A program made the position numbers and the translations under genes. A stretch of DNA of 63,690 nt, the filler included, from Rhabdomonas costata (Eukaryota), in assembly GCA_019059605.1 (NCBI GenBank). It is 41 parts of 41 records of this genome, joined end to end, with 100 filler letters (N's around TTAATTAATTAA, not from the genome) between each part and the next. Parts side by side here need not be neighbours in the genome. Positions count along the whole stretch, not along the records: positions 12,463 to 13,918 come from JAHMHO010015506.1; positions 14,019 to 15,474 come from JAHMHO010015507.1; positions 15,575 to 17,030 come from JAHMHO010015508.1; positions 17,131 to 18,586 come from JAHMHO010015509.1; positions 18,687 to 20,142 come from JAHMHO010015510.1; positions 20,243 to 21,697 come from JAHMHO010015511.1; positions 21,798 to 23,252 come from JAHMHO010015512.1; positions 23,353 to 24,807 come from JAHMHO010015513.1; 33 more parts are not named here. The stretch is one strand, 5' to 3'. Shown here piece after piece: positions 12,546 through 24,907 of this stretch (position 1 is the first letter of the stretch; every line of letters starts with the position of its first letter). The notes below the pieces were generated by a model. The model worked only from the letters and a program-made list of their open reading frames with translations. It was not told where the DNA came from and did not search any database.

Positions 12546-13852
12546 GCGTTTGACGTCAACTGGACTGCCGTGGGTACAAGCGTGACCTGGCCGAACTTCA
12601 ATGGAATGCTTCGGTCTGTTCAGGGTAGCTCCGGGGTGGCGGTCTCCGTGCTGTGGGCGCCCTTCAGCCTTGGCTACGTAGGATATGACTCGGCACTGCA
12701 GTACCACCTTCCTTCGGCTCAGTTTCTCGACCCCGAAAGTGGCCAGGTCCAGGTCTTGAACGGCAACGCCACCGCCCTGGCCGCTTTGTCATTCCCACTA
12801 GATTCTGACTTTTCTGCGTCTATTGTAAATGCCCCGGCCCCGGCCTACCCCATCTCGGGATATGAGTATGCCTGTGCTAGTTCGCTTCCGGGCCTTCTCG
12901 TTTACGGTAGGGCTCGCACCTAGCGTTTTTCTTTCGTTGGGTTGCAGGTATGTCATCCTGCGAATGTCTTCGATGAACTGCGAGAAGGCGTACTGGCTGC
13001 AGCAGTACATCTTGTTCACGTTCCAATCGACATCTCAGGCTCTGGCCATCAGCCTTGGCTAAACACCCATCCAGAGCACTATCATGCAGCAGGTAACGGA
13101 GAAGCTAAGCGAGTTGAGATGCGCCGACGAAGACGGCTCCCTTCTTCTGGTGAACACCTTGAAAAACCGCTATAACCCGGATCCTGTTCTGGGTATGTCC
13201 TGAGTTTCGTTGCCGTGTGGTGGGCGAGAAGCACGATATTGTTTGTAATCTCTTTGGGTCCTTGCAGGGCATTCCGCAGTGGATCTCCTGCCGATCGTTC
13301 TGCCGTGTGTTGGGGGACTTCTCTTCATTGGCGCGGGGGCGCTTCTCATCAACCGGTGTGCTGACACTCCTCTTTCTCTAGGCAGCGCGTCTCGCTCTCC
13401 GATCTGGACTTCGGCGCCATCCTTGTTTTTTTCAGCCTTCTTTGGCTGAACGTTTTCCGCTGTTTACGTGTTGCGATGTACTGTGTGGTATTCATTGTTC
13501 TTTTCACTTAGGCAACTGAAGAAAAGGCTGTTTGAATCCAACAGGCGCTTGAACGACGTTAAGGTTCTGCGTTGCATGCCTTCTGATTTCGTCGTCTTGT
13601 TATTGGGCGGTTTTCAAATTTAACAGTAAGGATCGTCTTGTAGTGTGGATTCAGATTCGCGTTTCATTGAGTCCCAGCCGTGACCCACAGGAGTCATTCC
13701 TCGAAACTAAATCCACAACACAACCGAGCAGTGCCCAGCTGGAGGTGGTGGCGACCCCCGAGCTCACCCAATCCCAACTCCCTTCACTCAACATCGGCAT
13801 CAACATCAAGCACTGCTTCAGCATCTCGGAGTATTTCTCACAGCCACCGGAG
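12546..13852 (+). CDS. Single-pass receptor-like protein with a PstS-type periplasmic-binding ectodomain (five exons; in-frame TAA in exon 2)
   Basis: Exons 12546-12865, 12948-13192, 13268-13355, 13512-13563 and 13691-~13852 are all GT-AG and phase-compatible. Motifs WP...GSSGVAxxV...SLGYV...AYPISGYEY, a TM helix LLPIVLPCVGGLLFIGAGALLI and a basic juxtamembrane RQLKKR are present. TAA lies at 13060-13062. Confidence 0.8.
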
Positions 13853-16800
13853 GTAGAGGTGTTGATGATGTCGGTCTCGCGACCTAGTGGTAGTATACTT
13901 TGTTATACAAGCACAGCANNNNNNNNNNNNNNNNNNNNNNNNNNNNNNNNNNNNNNNNNNNNTTAATTAATTAANNNNNNNNNNNNNNNNNNNNNNNNNN
14001 NNNNNNNNNNNNNNNNNNTTTGTTGGGGGAGCAAAACTTGGGATCCATCTGACTGCACATAGTGGACATTTTTATAAAGAAGTGCGAGTGCGAGACCGCT
14101 GACGAGAAGAGAAAGAAAGAGTGAGAGATAAGGTGAGCACAGAGGTCATGGCGGTGTTTCTGAGGTGCTAAAAAAGTACTAAACATGCACAGAGCAACAG
14201 AGCATGTCCAGAAAAACGCAGTCGCTTTAACTTGCTCAACGGGCCTCGTCAGAGCATTATAATAATGGTAAAGTATTGTTCCGCCTTCGCAGTGTTATAT
14301 GGAGGGAGACTCCGTCCTCTACTTTCCATCATCTCATCCTGCCGCGGCTCTCTCACCCTAGGCCATCACCCGCACCCCCTTCCCCGCTCATCAACGCCTT
14401 TGTGTTGCTCCTCGCCAGTGATGGGGGCGCACCTCTGCGGAGGTGTTCAGCTGGATCGCCCTGCGGCGCTGGTCCTTGTCGTTGGCCATATTTATTCGGA
14501 GGGGACGACCGCCCAGAAAAGTCCCATCGAGATCGCAAGCCTAGAAAATAGGCGGCCAGGGGGAATAGAGTAAAAGTTCCTTTGTAATGCCAAACTCCAA
14601 GCGTCAACATTGGATCTGCGGCGCATCAGTACTTCAGAGCTTGCTGCCCAGAAGAGCTGGAGTTGTTCACCCCCCCCCCCCCCCACCTACCCATCCATTC
14701 TGTTGTGTGCAAAGCATTTGCTGGTGCGCCTTGCGCCTGCCTGGTTGGCATCGGGTTCAGGTTATGTAGTCTCCGCCTGCTGGTCACGGTGACTGTGTGT
14801 TTGGTATCCCCCGTTATCAGAATTAGGTAGGGGAGCGACTTTGTTTTGGCTATACAGGCGATATACCAGTTTTAGCGAAACTCAGTAGAATGAATCCTTC
14901 TGCTTGGTGTGGACTTAATTCTAATCTTGTTCCCTCACATTTGAATTCACATTAGCCAGCAACATGGTTTTTTTAACAAATGGTTGAAGTGGCGTAATGC
15001 CTTGTGTACTGGTCTGTAAGAGATACCGATAAATAGAATCATTGGGTCGCCCAGGGCCCCAGCAGTTTTTTGTTCCAAACTGCTGCCGCAGTGTAGGTGC
15101 GTTACGAATAATTCGTGTGTCAAATCTCATAATGGGGGCTGTGGAACTGGTTCCCTCTTTCTTGCCGTTCCGGAAGGTACGTGCAGTGTTTGGAGAGAAC
15201 GCTGCGCGTATTTGCGTCGTTTGAGCACGTATTCCCCTTTTCGCCCACCCTGATTGTCCCATTCTTTCGGATCCCATCAGTTTTTGAGATGACGGCTTTT
15301 TCGCGCGCTTTCGCATAGTGCGAGGTTGCGAGGCAATGGAGTTCTGTGGAGCGGCAGGTAGGTCATCCTATTTTTTTCATGCACTGCAAAGACCGGGAAC
15401 CCCCTCAACCACTGTCCTCAAGTAGCATAAAATCGCTACAAAAAGCCAAAACCTCACGCAAGAGCGGACAACCANNNNNNNNNNNNNNNNNNNNNNNNNN
15501 NNNNNNNNNNNNNNNNNNTTAATTAATTAANNNNNNNNNNNNNNNNNNNNNNNNNNNNNNNNNNNNNNNNNNNNGGGGGTGGTGGCAGGCTTGGCGAATG
15601 ACTTGGTTGAAGGCGTTTGTGGATCGACGGCCCATTTCCGAACCGCGTAGATCGCGGGTGTATCAGCGTGTCTGTGTCCTTCCCGATGAATGAGCTCGTC
15701 CCTTTTGGGGTAGAACAGTGCTCTGGATTCCGTCGAAGGTCTCTTTCTCGGGTGCAAAGCAATCCGCATCCACTACCCGGAAGGCCTTGGTTTGCGTGGC
15801 GGCTTCCTGCGTGACTACGGCCCATAAAGCGCTGATCGGGAGCGTTTCGCTGATCTCAGCAGGCAAGCCGGTGAGAGCATGGAGTGGACCTCGGACGTTC
15901 CAAGGTCATGGTTTCGGGGTGGGGTAGCGTTCCGCGGCATGCCCATGCATTGGCCATGTCCGCGGCGGAAGGTTGTGGACGTTCCCCGTTGCAGGGGGCG
16001 GGCCACACAAAAGGCAAAAACGGCGGCGCCACAGCTGGTACCAGAAGGAGGATCAGCCCAATAATTCCGGAACGGAAAACCCCAAGCAACCAGTTGGAAA
16101 TCGGCGGACCGAAAGAAAAGTGAAAAATGACTACACTTAGTAAATGGATAGATGGATGGCGGCAAGGGGGGTTAAGCGCGGGAGGTGGAGTAGATGGGCG
16201 CCAACGGGAGCCAATCCCAAAGGAAAATGCAGACAGGGGGCGGAAGGGGCGCACTACAAGCGCAGGGGCGCCTTTCCTTAGACGGCTTTCGCACTACCCA
16301 GGAAAAAAGCAGAAGAATCGGTAACCAAAAAAATGATTAAACACAGGCCAAAGGCGCGCACATGGCCTTCCAACGTTTCCGAGAGAGCCGGGATCAAAGA
16401 AGCAGATGTCAGAAGGTGCCGCGGCGTGTGCGAGACTCATCTTAGGGATTCGTTCTTTTTTTGGTCTTCGTTTTGTGGTCTTGGGGCAACATTTTAACCT
16501 AACTAAGGTCGTAGGTAGCATGGGAGCGATTCCTCTCCTCTCAACCGCGTGTATTGTGCGTTGCTTTCAAGTTCTGTGGTGCGGCGGAAAGATGAAAGAT
16601 AAGGCAAAAGTGCGCAGGACTTCTGTTCTGGACAAAAAGAGTGCCACAATATATTTTTGGGGGATGAATGGTGTTAAACAGCTTAAGTATTTATTCTACT
16701 GCCGCAACAGCCTTCATCCACCCACCCTGGCCACGCCAAGGACTATTTCCCGTTGCCTGGCCCCCTCCCCCCAATACATCGTCTCGAAAGAGCTATCATC

Positions 16801-18085
16801 CGAAAAGCCGCAATAATCCCTGACAGAGTCACCAAAACGAACTATCACCGATTGCAGGTACCTTCTACGTCACACAACCACTGTGCTCCACCAGTGAAGG
16901 GGAGAAGGGAGTGAACGGAGCGGCCCAAGCTCTGATCTTAGTAGAAGTAAGCTCGGGGAGCTCCTTTTCTCCCTACGGCTGTTGGACATACCCACTGTGC
17001 ACTGTAAAGGCTTGCCTCAAACCCAAAACANNNNNNNNNNNNNNNNNNNNNNNNNNNNNNNNNNNNNNNNNNNNTTAATTAATTAANNNNNNNNNNNNNN
17101 NNNNNNNNNNNNNNNNNNNNNNNNNNNNNNGTGTGTGGTTGGCTTAGGTGAGTCTTCGTGAGTGTGCTGTTCGACAGGAGTCCGCCTTACAATGGAAGTT
17201 TGCTTGAAATCGCTGACCTTCGGTCTGCATTGAAATCCCCACAAAATCCCTTTCGTGTTTTGCTTCTCTCAGGATCGCTTCCCATTTCCGGTTCCCATTA
17301 TTGACCTTTTGAGGTGTCTGTGGGAGCTGAAGCCTCTTTTCGGGAAGGGCTTGCGTCAATCGCCCGCTTCTGACTGCGGGTTCGGTGTTTTGTTTCGGGG
17401 TCAGCAGGGTTGGCCAGTTCTTTACGATCGTTAAGTAAAGATAAAGCCCATGAATCCCGAAAAATATCAATTATGAAAAAGAAATTTCAAGAATTTTTTT
17501 TGGAAAAGAATGATGCGATGTTTTCGTTTTCACTACTCTCCGCACATCTTGCTGGTCAAATTGCTGTTCGCACAAGAAGTTATGAGTTGGGTGACACCCC
17601 ATGTCTGAGAGAATCGGAGCGTATGAGTGAGTGAAGTTCTTCAGTTTGACCTCCTCCTCCTCCGGCTGGTGCTTTGTAAAATCGTCGAAGTGTAAAAGAA
17701 TAGCGCCAAAATTTGTGGAAACGCTTGAAAAAACGTTAGCACGTTTTTTATTATTAATTTTTGGTTTTCCTCCCCACCACACCTTCACTGTGATTTGATT
17801 TGCATAGGTGCATGTTTGTCATTCGCTCGTCTTGTGTGTTTTGTTTTCACTGTGATTTGTTTTGGCTTTATATGTTTCCCATAGTCATGATTCATGTCCT
17901 TCCTCGCTTTCTTCCTCGCGTATTTTTCCTTCTATTTCATTTTGCATTGTGCTGCTGAACACCAGGTGTTGGTTCAATCATAAAAGAAGAAGTCGTAAAA
18001 ATACTCTTTGCCAAACCACATTGAGAAAAAATTGGCCAACCCTGGGGGGTCAGGTGCCGCACAGAGAGAAGGAAACACGTGATAT

Positions 18086-18217
18086 ATGGCAGGGGCCGCA
18101 GCTGGAACAGGAGCGCTTGTGCGGCTGCTTCTGTGGGCTGCATGGGGACTTCTGGGCTGTCACGGGGACCGTCTGTATGTCACGCTGCATGGCGGGGCAT
18201 CCACGGCTCACTCCAAG
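18086..18217 (+). CDS. First exon of a probable secreted protein
   Basis: MAGAAAGTGALVRLLLWAAWGLLGCHG-DRLYVTLHGGASTAHSK: a signal-peptide-like N-terminus, ending at donor AAG|GTACG. Confidence 0.5.
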
Positions 18218-18838
18218 GTACGGCTTTGGCGTTGCATGGAGCTCTGCGCTCTGCGGGTGAAAGATCTCTGCACTGTTTTCTCCTTGCTGGGTAGGTTTTT
18301 TATGTGAATCGCGTTTCCTACATTCCGCGGAGTAGTGAACAATTGTTTGCTGCTGCTGCTGCCGCCGCAACCGTGAGCCCTCTTCCTGCAAAAAAAAATA
18401 TAAATCAGTTTGTGGCATCTGTTGAAGGCAGGTTAGGGTTTTTATGGTCCTTTATCTGATCTTTGCACCCCCTCCCCCTCCTCTTCCTTTTCCAGTGCAG
18501 CCCACACACATTCAACTCAACTCAAAGGTGAACAACATGGGTGTAGCGCCGTCATCCCTGAATGCTCCATTTATACACACACCACCNNNNNNNNNNNNNN
18601 NNNNNNNNNNNNNNNNNNNNNNNNNNNNNNTTAATTAATTAANNNNNNNNNNNNNNNNNNNNNNNNNNNNNNNNNNNNNNNNNNNNAGCCCACTGGGTGT
18701 GAAAAGAAAGAGTCCGCCAACACATGTGAAACTCAGCATTCGGGCACCTCCAACAAGCAATTGACAGATTCACTGTTTTGGATTTGAGGGGACAGAGAGG
18801 GCTGAATTTCTCGTTCTTTATTCTCGGCGCCCTCTCAG

Positions 18839-20142
18839 GAGATTGTGGGCCACCTGAAGATCTACCTCCCCTACCTCCCGGAGTCGCTTCTCGCACTGGT
18901 CCGCGGCGAAGGCGACGGCGAAGGCGAGGGAGGAGAGACTGAAGCGGAGTCAGAGATTCAGCTCCATGTCCTAAAGGAAAGGCCCTTGCACAGGTGCGGT
19001 GCGGTGTGGATGGCTTGAGCGCTGACGTTTCTGTTGCTGAACTTAGGTACCGTTCGCTTGCAACATGCAAGCTCTTAGAGGGGTGCGTTATCGCGTCCCA
19101 TGTATAGCAAGTTATACCGTAAACTCAGAACACATAGCCTCAGTAATATACAAGTATCGTATGCATACAAACCAGCCTAACGGCATTTTATAGCGTTCCC
19201 AGGACTCCCACCTCGGTTGTGATTCACACAGCCTGGATGTCGTGCACAAGCTGAATATTGACGATATGCTGGAGGGACCCCTCGGGTCAGAACGCGGAAT
19301 TCTCAAGGTATCAGCGCCCGAAGTGCTAACCTTCCCGCTCGCAGTGTTGGTGGAAGTATGACGTTTTCCCTTATGTCCTCCTTTCTTATCTTACTCTTGA
19401 TATTTGCTTTCTTTGATCGGATCACTTTTCTGGGTGCCTCTCTTGTAGTTCTCGAACTGCACGGCCGCTGCGTTGTAATCATCCAATTGGATGGGAAAAT
19501 TCGAGAGAGCCATCCTTTTCGTATCAATTTGCGTTCTTTGGTACTTTATGGGCCTTTGTTTTGAGTGACCGGATCATTTTATAAGTCTGTGCGCGAAAGA
19601 AAAAGACGGAGGAGAAGTGGGAAAACGGGAAAGAAAAGGGGAAGAAAAGAAAAGGTGTCCCAGCTAAGTTGCGCGCAGCCTGGGTACTCGCACAGGAGGC
19701 CCCATAGCACCGTCAGGTGCTGCGCCGTACCGGCTCACCACAAGATAGGCCAGGATGCCCCAGGTCCAGGATTGAAGTAAAACGGGAAGGGAAACAATCC
19801 TCACTGGTCGCTCTCCCTTCCTCCCATACCCCCACCACTGGGGCGCGAAAATTAAGCGTGGGGATTAGCACGCCGCCATGAGGCTCTCTGCCCCCGGAAA
19901 AAGTTAGCGAGGAAGACCTTTTTTCCTTCTTTTCTCTTTCATTCATGGCTGTGGTCAAGACGGAGGCTGGAGTGTCTTGTGTCATTTTCCCTCATTTGTA
20001 TTCCCTCATTTGGCCACGTGACCTCTCTGCTTCGTCTGCCAAATCCAGGTGGAGTCCTACTCTCAAGACGTCGGGATTTCCTCGCCGGATATCCCTGGGG
20101 TCCAAGCCGCCTGGGAAGAGCCCCGCACTTCCACCCCCAACA
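18839..20142 (+). CDS. Three exons of a probable receptor-cyclase-like protein (post-HAMP 'LKxYxPYLPxxLL' segment)
   Basis: Exons 18839-18993, 19232-19307 and 20049-contig end join in phase: EIVGHLKIYLPYLPESLLALVRG...PLHS|LDVVHKLNIDD...ILK|VESYSQ. The family assignment rests on a single short motif. Confidence 0.55.
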
Positions 20143-20411
20143 NNNNNNNNNNNNNNNNNNNNNNNNNNNNNNNNNNNNNNNNNNNNTTAATTAATTAANN
20201 NNNNNNNNNNNNNNNNNNNNNNNNNNNNNNNNNNNNNNNNNNGGTGTTTGGGTTGGTTTGGTTCTGTATTTTTAGTTAGTGATGGGCATGCTTTGTGTCG
20301 CTCTGCGAAAGTGTTCATTGGTGTTCGAAGCATACTTTGCCTGTGCATGGCGCTTTATTTGAGTTGTTAAGATTAGTATGACATGGTGGTCTGCATGCAT
20401 GCATTTTCTAG

Positions 20412-20615
20412 TGGACCCCTGACAATGGCATGGGCTTGGGAGGCTGCTACCGCGGCAGCCACAGCAATGAGGTCAAGCCAATTGTCATCTCCGTGGGTTC
20501 CAAACCGGGGCATGAGATCTCGAGGCTTTCCCCGGAACAGATACAGCACCTGTGGGACTTTCTGGACGAGGAGGCCGGTGATGGTCCCCCGTCCGAGCAG
20601 TTTGACCTGAGCTGA
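20412..20615 (+). CDS. Terminal exon of an unknown protein
   Basis: ttttctAG|TGG ACC ... reads WTPDNGMGLGGCYRGSHSNEVKPIVISVGSKPGHEISRLSPEQIQHLWDFLDEE...DLS-stop. Confidence 0.5.
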   Translation, partial: WTPDNGMGLGGCYRGSHSNEVKPIVISVGSKPGHEISRLSPEQIQHLWDFLDEEAGDGPPSEQFDLS

Positions 20616-21115
20616 TTTTCATAAGTGGGGCCGGCGGGAGGTGCCTTCGGCTGTTAGGACCATGTATTCACAAGGGATTACGTTTAGAACGAGTGTGTTT
20701 GCCTGCTGGGCTGTTCGGCCTTGCAGGGTGCTTGTAAGATATTCTATTTCCCACTTTCATCTTTTTCACAACAGTTCGTGTGGCGATTGTCCCTGACGTG
20801 TAAATGGATCGTGGCCACCATCTTCTCGGGGAGGGAAGTTTTTCTTGGGTTTCAGAAAGTCTGATGAAATCGCATGGACATGGTTAGATAGATGTGGACA
20901 AAGGACAGAATCTCGAACTGTTCCAAGTGAGAAGCTGCTGGTGCTAACCCCTTGGAAAAAGCGTTTGGGATCGCTCTTGCTGACGACCCTGATTTTCTGA
21001 AAATTGAATTGAAAAATGATGTAAAAGAAATGATGCTCTGCGTTGTCCGCTTCCTTTGCACCACTGGTGTAAACTTCTACAGGATGCTTTTTTGTGTCAA
21101 TAAATCCCCCACAAA

Positions 21116-21654
21116 ATGCGAAGGTGGCTGAGGTGGACCCTCGCACTCATTCTAGTTGCTGTTTTCTCTCTGGTGTGGCAGCTGTCCTCCTCGGACAGCC
21201 TGGTTTCCGCTCCCCGCAGGCAACCCTCGATTCAAGCGAACAGGACCAGAAGAGATGCGGCTCTCCCTTCGCCTCGGTTGACATTCCTCGATACTTCCTT
21301 GGGCGATGCGGACTTTTTGTCTGCGTTCCGCCAGCACTACCCTCTACCCCCTTCGCCCAACGTCTCGGCGCTTTTTCCCAATGGCGTGGGCCACGACGAT
21401 GACCCTGCCTTTCTACGTGCCATGAGAGCAGTCCAAGGCAATGAGACTGCGGACCCCTCTTGGGTGTACTGGGTGCCTCGGGAGGACGCTGGAACCGTGC
21501 CCCTGACCCGCGAGGCCCAAGCATTGATCTGGCTCAACCAGCACCCGCCGCGCTGCGACACAGCGCAGTTCCTGGTGTGGAAGATGTTTCAGAAGGGACT
21601 GGGAGCGGACCTGCACCATGTCAGCGGGGCCCTGGCCTCGGCGATCAACATGGG
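21116..21654 (+). CDS. Type II membrane glycosyltransferase, GT23 (alpha-1,6-fucosyltransferase)-like, 5' part
   Basis: N-terminal TM anchor, then TREAQALIWLNQHPPRCDTAQFLVW...GLGADLHHVSGALASAI, matching GT23 QxPxxCxxAKxL...GxGxxLH. The 3' end is replaced by a fold-back chimera. Confidence 0.75.
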
Positions 21655-22724
21655 GCAGGTCCGCTCCCAGTCCCTTCTGAAACATCTCCCACACCACNNN
21701 NNNNNNNNNNNNNNNNNNNNNNNNNNNNNNNNNNNNNNNNNTTAATTAATTAANNNNNNNNNNNNNNNNNNNNNNNNNNNNNNNNNNNNNNNNNNNNGGT
21801 GTGGGTTATTGGTTTGTGGCGAAGTGGAAAATGTGATATGAGTGAGGGGAAAACCTTCCCATGTTAAGCCCTGCAACCACAGCGGTTCCCGAGGAAGACA
21901 ACGAGGCAGAGGGCTGGGCGAGAACAAAGATGATCGGCTGCGTGGCAGCCTGCGCGACGGGCGGCGGCTTGGCTACTGCTGAGGAAGAATACAGTTCGCG
22001 CCCGTCGTGCCCCTGGGTCCTTGTGTGTGCAGGGGGCTCGGAGTGGAAGAGCTCTAGAGGGGACGGCTCTGAGCTTTGGGAAGCAGAAGAGCCAAGACCC
22101 TACAAAAAGTAACAAAGAGCGAGAGAGAAAGATACACGACCAAAATTGCGGGTGTGGGGAAATCTACTCACCTTCTCCACTTATTCGGGATTAACGAACA
22201 ACTTTGCTCCACTTGCACAGAAAACTTAACATCGAGGGAAAAGCCCGAGGCAAAATCACGAAGTCCGCCTTACTTCTCAACCTTGCACAGTTGACTCAGA
22301 AGCTTTCATTTTAACACAGGGCACACATCGACACGACCAAACGCACGCCGTTCTTTTTCGCGGTACTGCACGTGTCTCCGATTCCCCCGAAGCATACAAT
22401 CATACATGGTGAATACCTACTACACCACACATTCATCGCTCGCGCTGCATTTGTGCCTTGCTGGATCCAAACTGAACACCGTTCTCGTGTGCATGTGTGT
22501 GTTTTTGCAAAGCGCGCTGGCTGTTCCCTGACCAGCTGTTGGTGACCGCTATTGAATGAAGAGCGCAACGGGTTGTTGGCCACAGGAGCGTGGGAGGTGC
22601 TGCCTTGGGTCGTGGGGTACCAGCTCAAAGCCGTGCGTTCCGAATGCGGAAGCTTTTCTTATGCCCCACGGGTCCCGCGGTTTTGTCACCTACAGGATGC
22701 GACCTCCAAGATTCCTCTCCGGTA

Positions 22725-22725
<1 letters not shown>

Positions 22726-22764
<39 letters not shown>

Positions 22765-22774
22765 TGCTTGCTTG
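22726..22774. repeat. (GCTT)n microsatellite
   Basis: Directly visible, slightly imperfect. Confidence 0.95.
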
Positions 22775-24907
22775 CTACTTGCCTGGAGCTGTGTGTCCTC
22801 TGTCCGGTCCTGATTTCCGTACAAGAGGAACTTCTTGTTTACGTATCTTCACGGACCTCACAGTGTTCGCCGATAGCGATTTTGTATCCAGCTGCTTTTG
22901 TCCCACAGGTGTCTCCTTCGCTATGCCTTTGTCGGTTCTTCACACCTGCACTTAACAGTCTGGCATTGGGCATCGACCGCTCACAGCCGGGATTACCTCA
23001 AGTAGCTCTTAGGTCGTATATGTGTACCTTCCACCGCCCCTTCCCCTTCCCTTTCCACCGCACTCCACCATATCTCATCTTTCTCATACTATCCTTTTGG
23101 AATATATCCTTTTGCTGATGCAAAAGCACGTATTCCAAGCCAGTCCAAGCGCAGTGCAAGCTGTTTCTGTCTCCAGGGAAAGTTGTACTGAAGCTTGTTT
23201 GTTTATTTGCGTTTGTGGATGCTTGCGTGCTTGCATGCACGCACACACACACNNNNNNNNNNNNNNNNNNNNNNNNNNNNNNNNNNNNNNNNNNNNTTAA
23301 TTAATTAANNNNNNNNNNNNNNNNNNNNNNNNNNNNNNNNNNNNNNNNNNNNTTTTTTGTTTTCTTTGGTGGATACTGAAAATGAATGGTGGGTCTTGGC
23401 TGTATGGGACATTCACTACTTTTCGGCCAGCTCGGCCAGCGTGTGGCATAGCTTCTTTTCGCTGTGTTTGATAGTGATTGCAGTTTGTATGATTCAACGC
23501 TTGCTCTGAGTCACTGAGGTCGTTGGCGTCAGCAAGCGCTGTGACTCTGTGTTTGTTGGAAGAGTTTGAAGCCATGCGTTCACTCTCATGTTTCTGTCGC
23601 TTCTTCGTTAGGGATGGGGAATAAGGAGGATGGGAATCGTCCTGGGGTGGGACTGGAAGGCTTCGGAGAAGGGTTTTGAGGTTAGCTTGTATGATTTTGA
23701 TTATTAACCTCGCGATTCGCTATGACCTGTCATCGCCAATGATCAGATTCCATGCAATTCCATGCGAATATTGTGTTTTTTCTGTGTCGGACTCTCCCGG
23801 AGGATAATTGATTGATGCCAATCAATGTCACCCCAACCCCACCCCGGAAAAAATTCGAATTTTATGGTGTTCCGACTTCTGTTCCGACTTCTTCCGCCGC
23901 CTAGCAAAATTTTTGTCCGTAATCTGCAAATGCCGATTGCAGCTGCTCTTCTTTCGTGACTGGACATAAAGACGAAAGGCTTTCATCACGGGGGATCCAA
24001 ATCTCCCTTCAGCCTCCGACTCTCTCACCATGATTTCCTTGTCGCCAACAGTGGTGCGCCTCTGCTGCGGGAGAGAAGAGCGTAAGAAGAGGTAAGTGGA
24101 GCTTCTTTAGGAAAAGAGGCCACAGGGTCGTATTTTTAACAGGTGGACTCGGTTTCCAGCTGCCACCTCATCAAAATCTTTGCCTAATCTTAAGTCCGCC
24201 AAACTTTATGCCAAGAGACTTTCTTCAGCTATTGCAATGCCATGATGAGGCGATGTTAACTGTGCTGTGGTGATTGGCCAGCGCAACATGTGACCGCAGA
24301 TTACCTCCTGCTGCTTCTCTTCTGAGTGCTGCGCGGGATCAATTAGTGAACGGGGAACAATTAGGGAACGGTTGTGCTTCGGTTCGATCACTGCGCTACG
24401 GCCTCAGACATTCTTGTGACGGTGCCTTTGCAGATCAATTAGTTCTGTCGTGGGTTATGCTGCAACTCTGGAAGTGAGGTCACCTTTCGTGCGAATTAAT
24501 GGCGGTTAGGTCTCACTGTAACGTTGGACGGTCCGTTTAAGAAACCTCGACGCGCCTTCACAGCTAACAACTTAATCTGACAGCTGAAAACTGGAACTGT
24601 ACATTCCTTCCTGTTGAATAAGAATGACAGCGCGGGTAATCAAGGTTACCGAAAAGACGTTTGTGACGCAATTCACTGCATGCCATCTTTGACACCAAGG
24701 TCGGGGATGCTTCGGGGCAGCCGTCTTCCGCATCGCTAACCTCCGCTGAGTCCTCTTCAGGCAACTCTTTAGAGACAGGTTGCCGTACCCTTTCAATCCC
24801 ACCCAACNNNNNNNNNNNNNNNNNNNNNNNNNNNNNNNNNNNNNNNNNNNNTTAATTAATTAANNNNNNNNNNNNNNNNNNNNNNNNNNNNNNNNNNNNN
24901 NNNNNNN

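Noticed and set aside
21655..21697. Hairpin within the fucosyltransferase CDS
   Set aside because: It is the reverse complement of 21573-21614 at the contig end; an artefact that truncates the gene.
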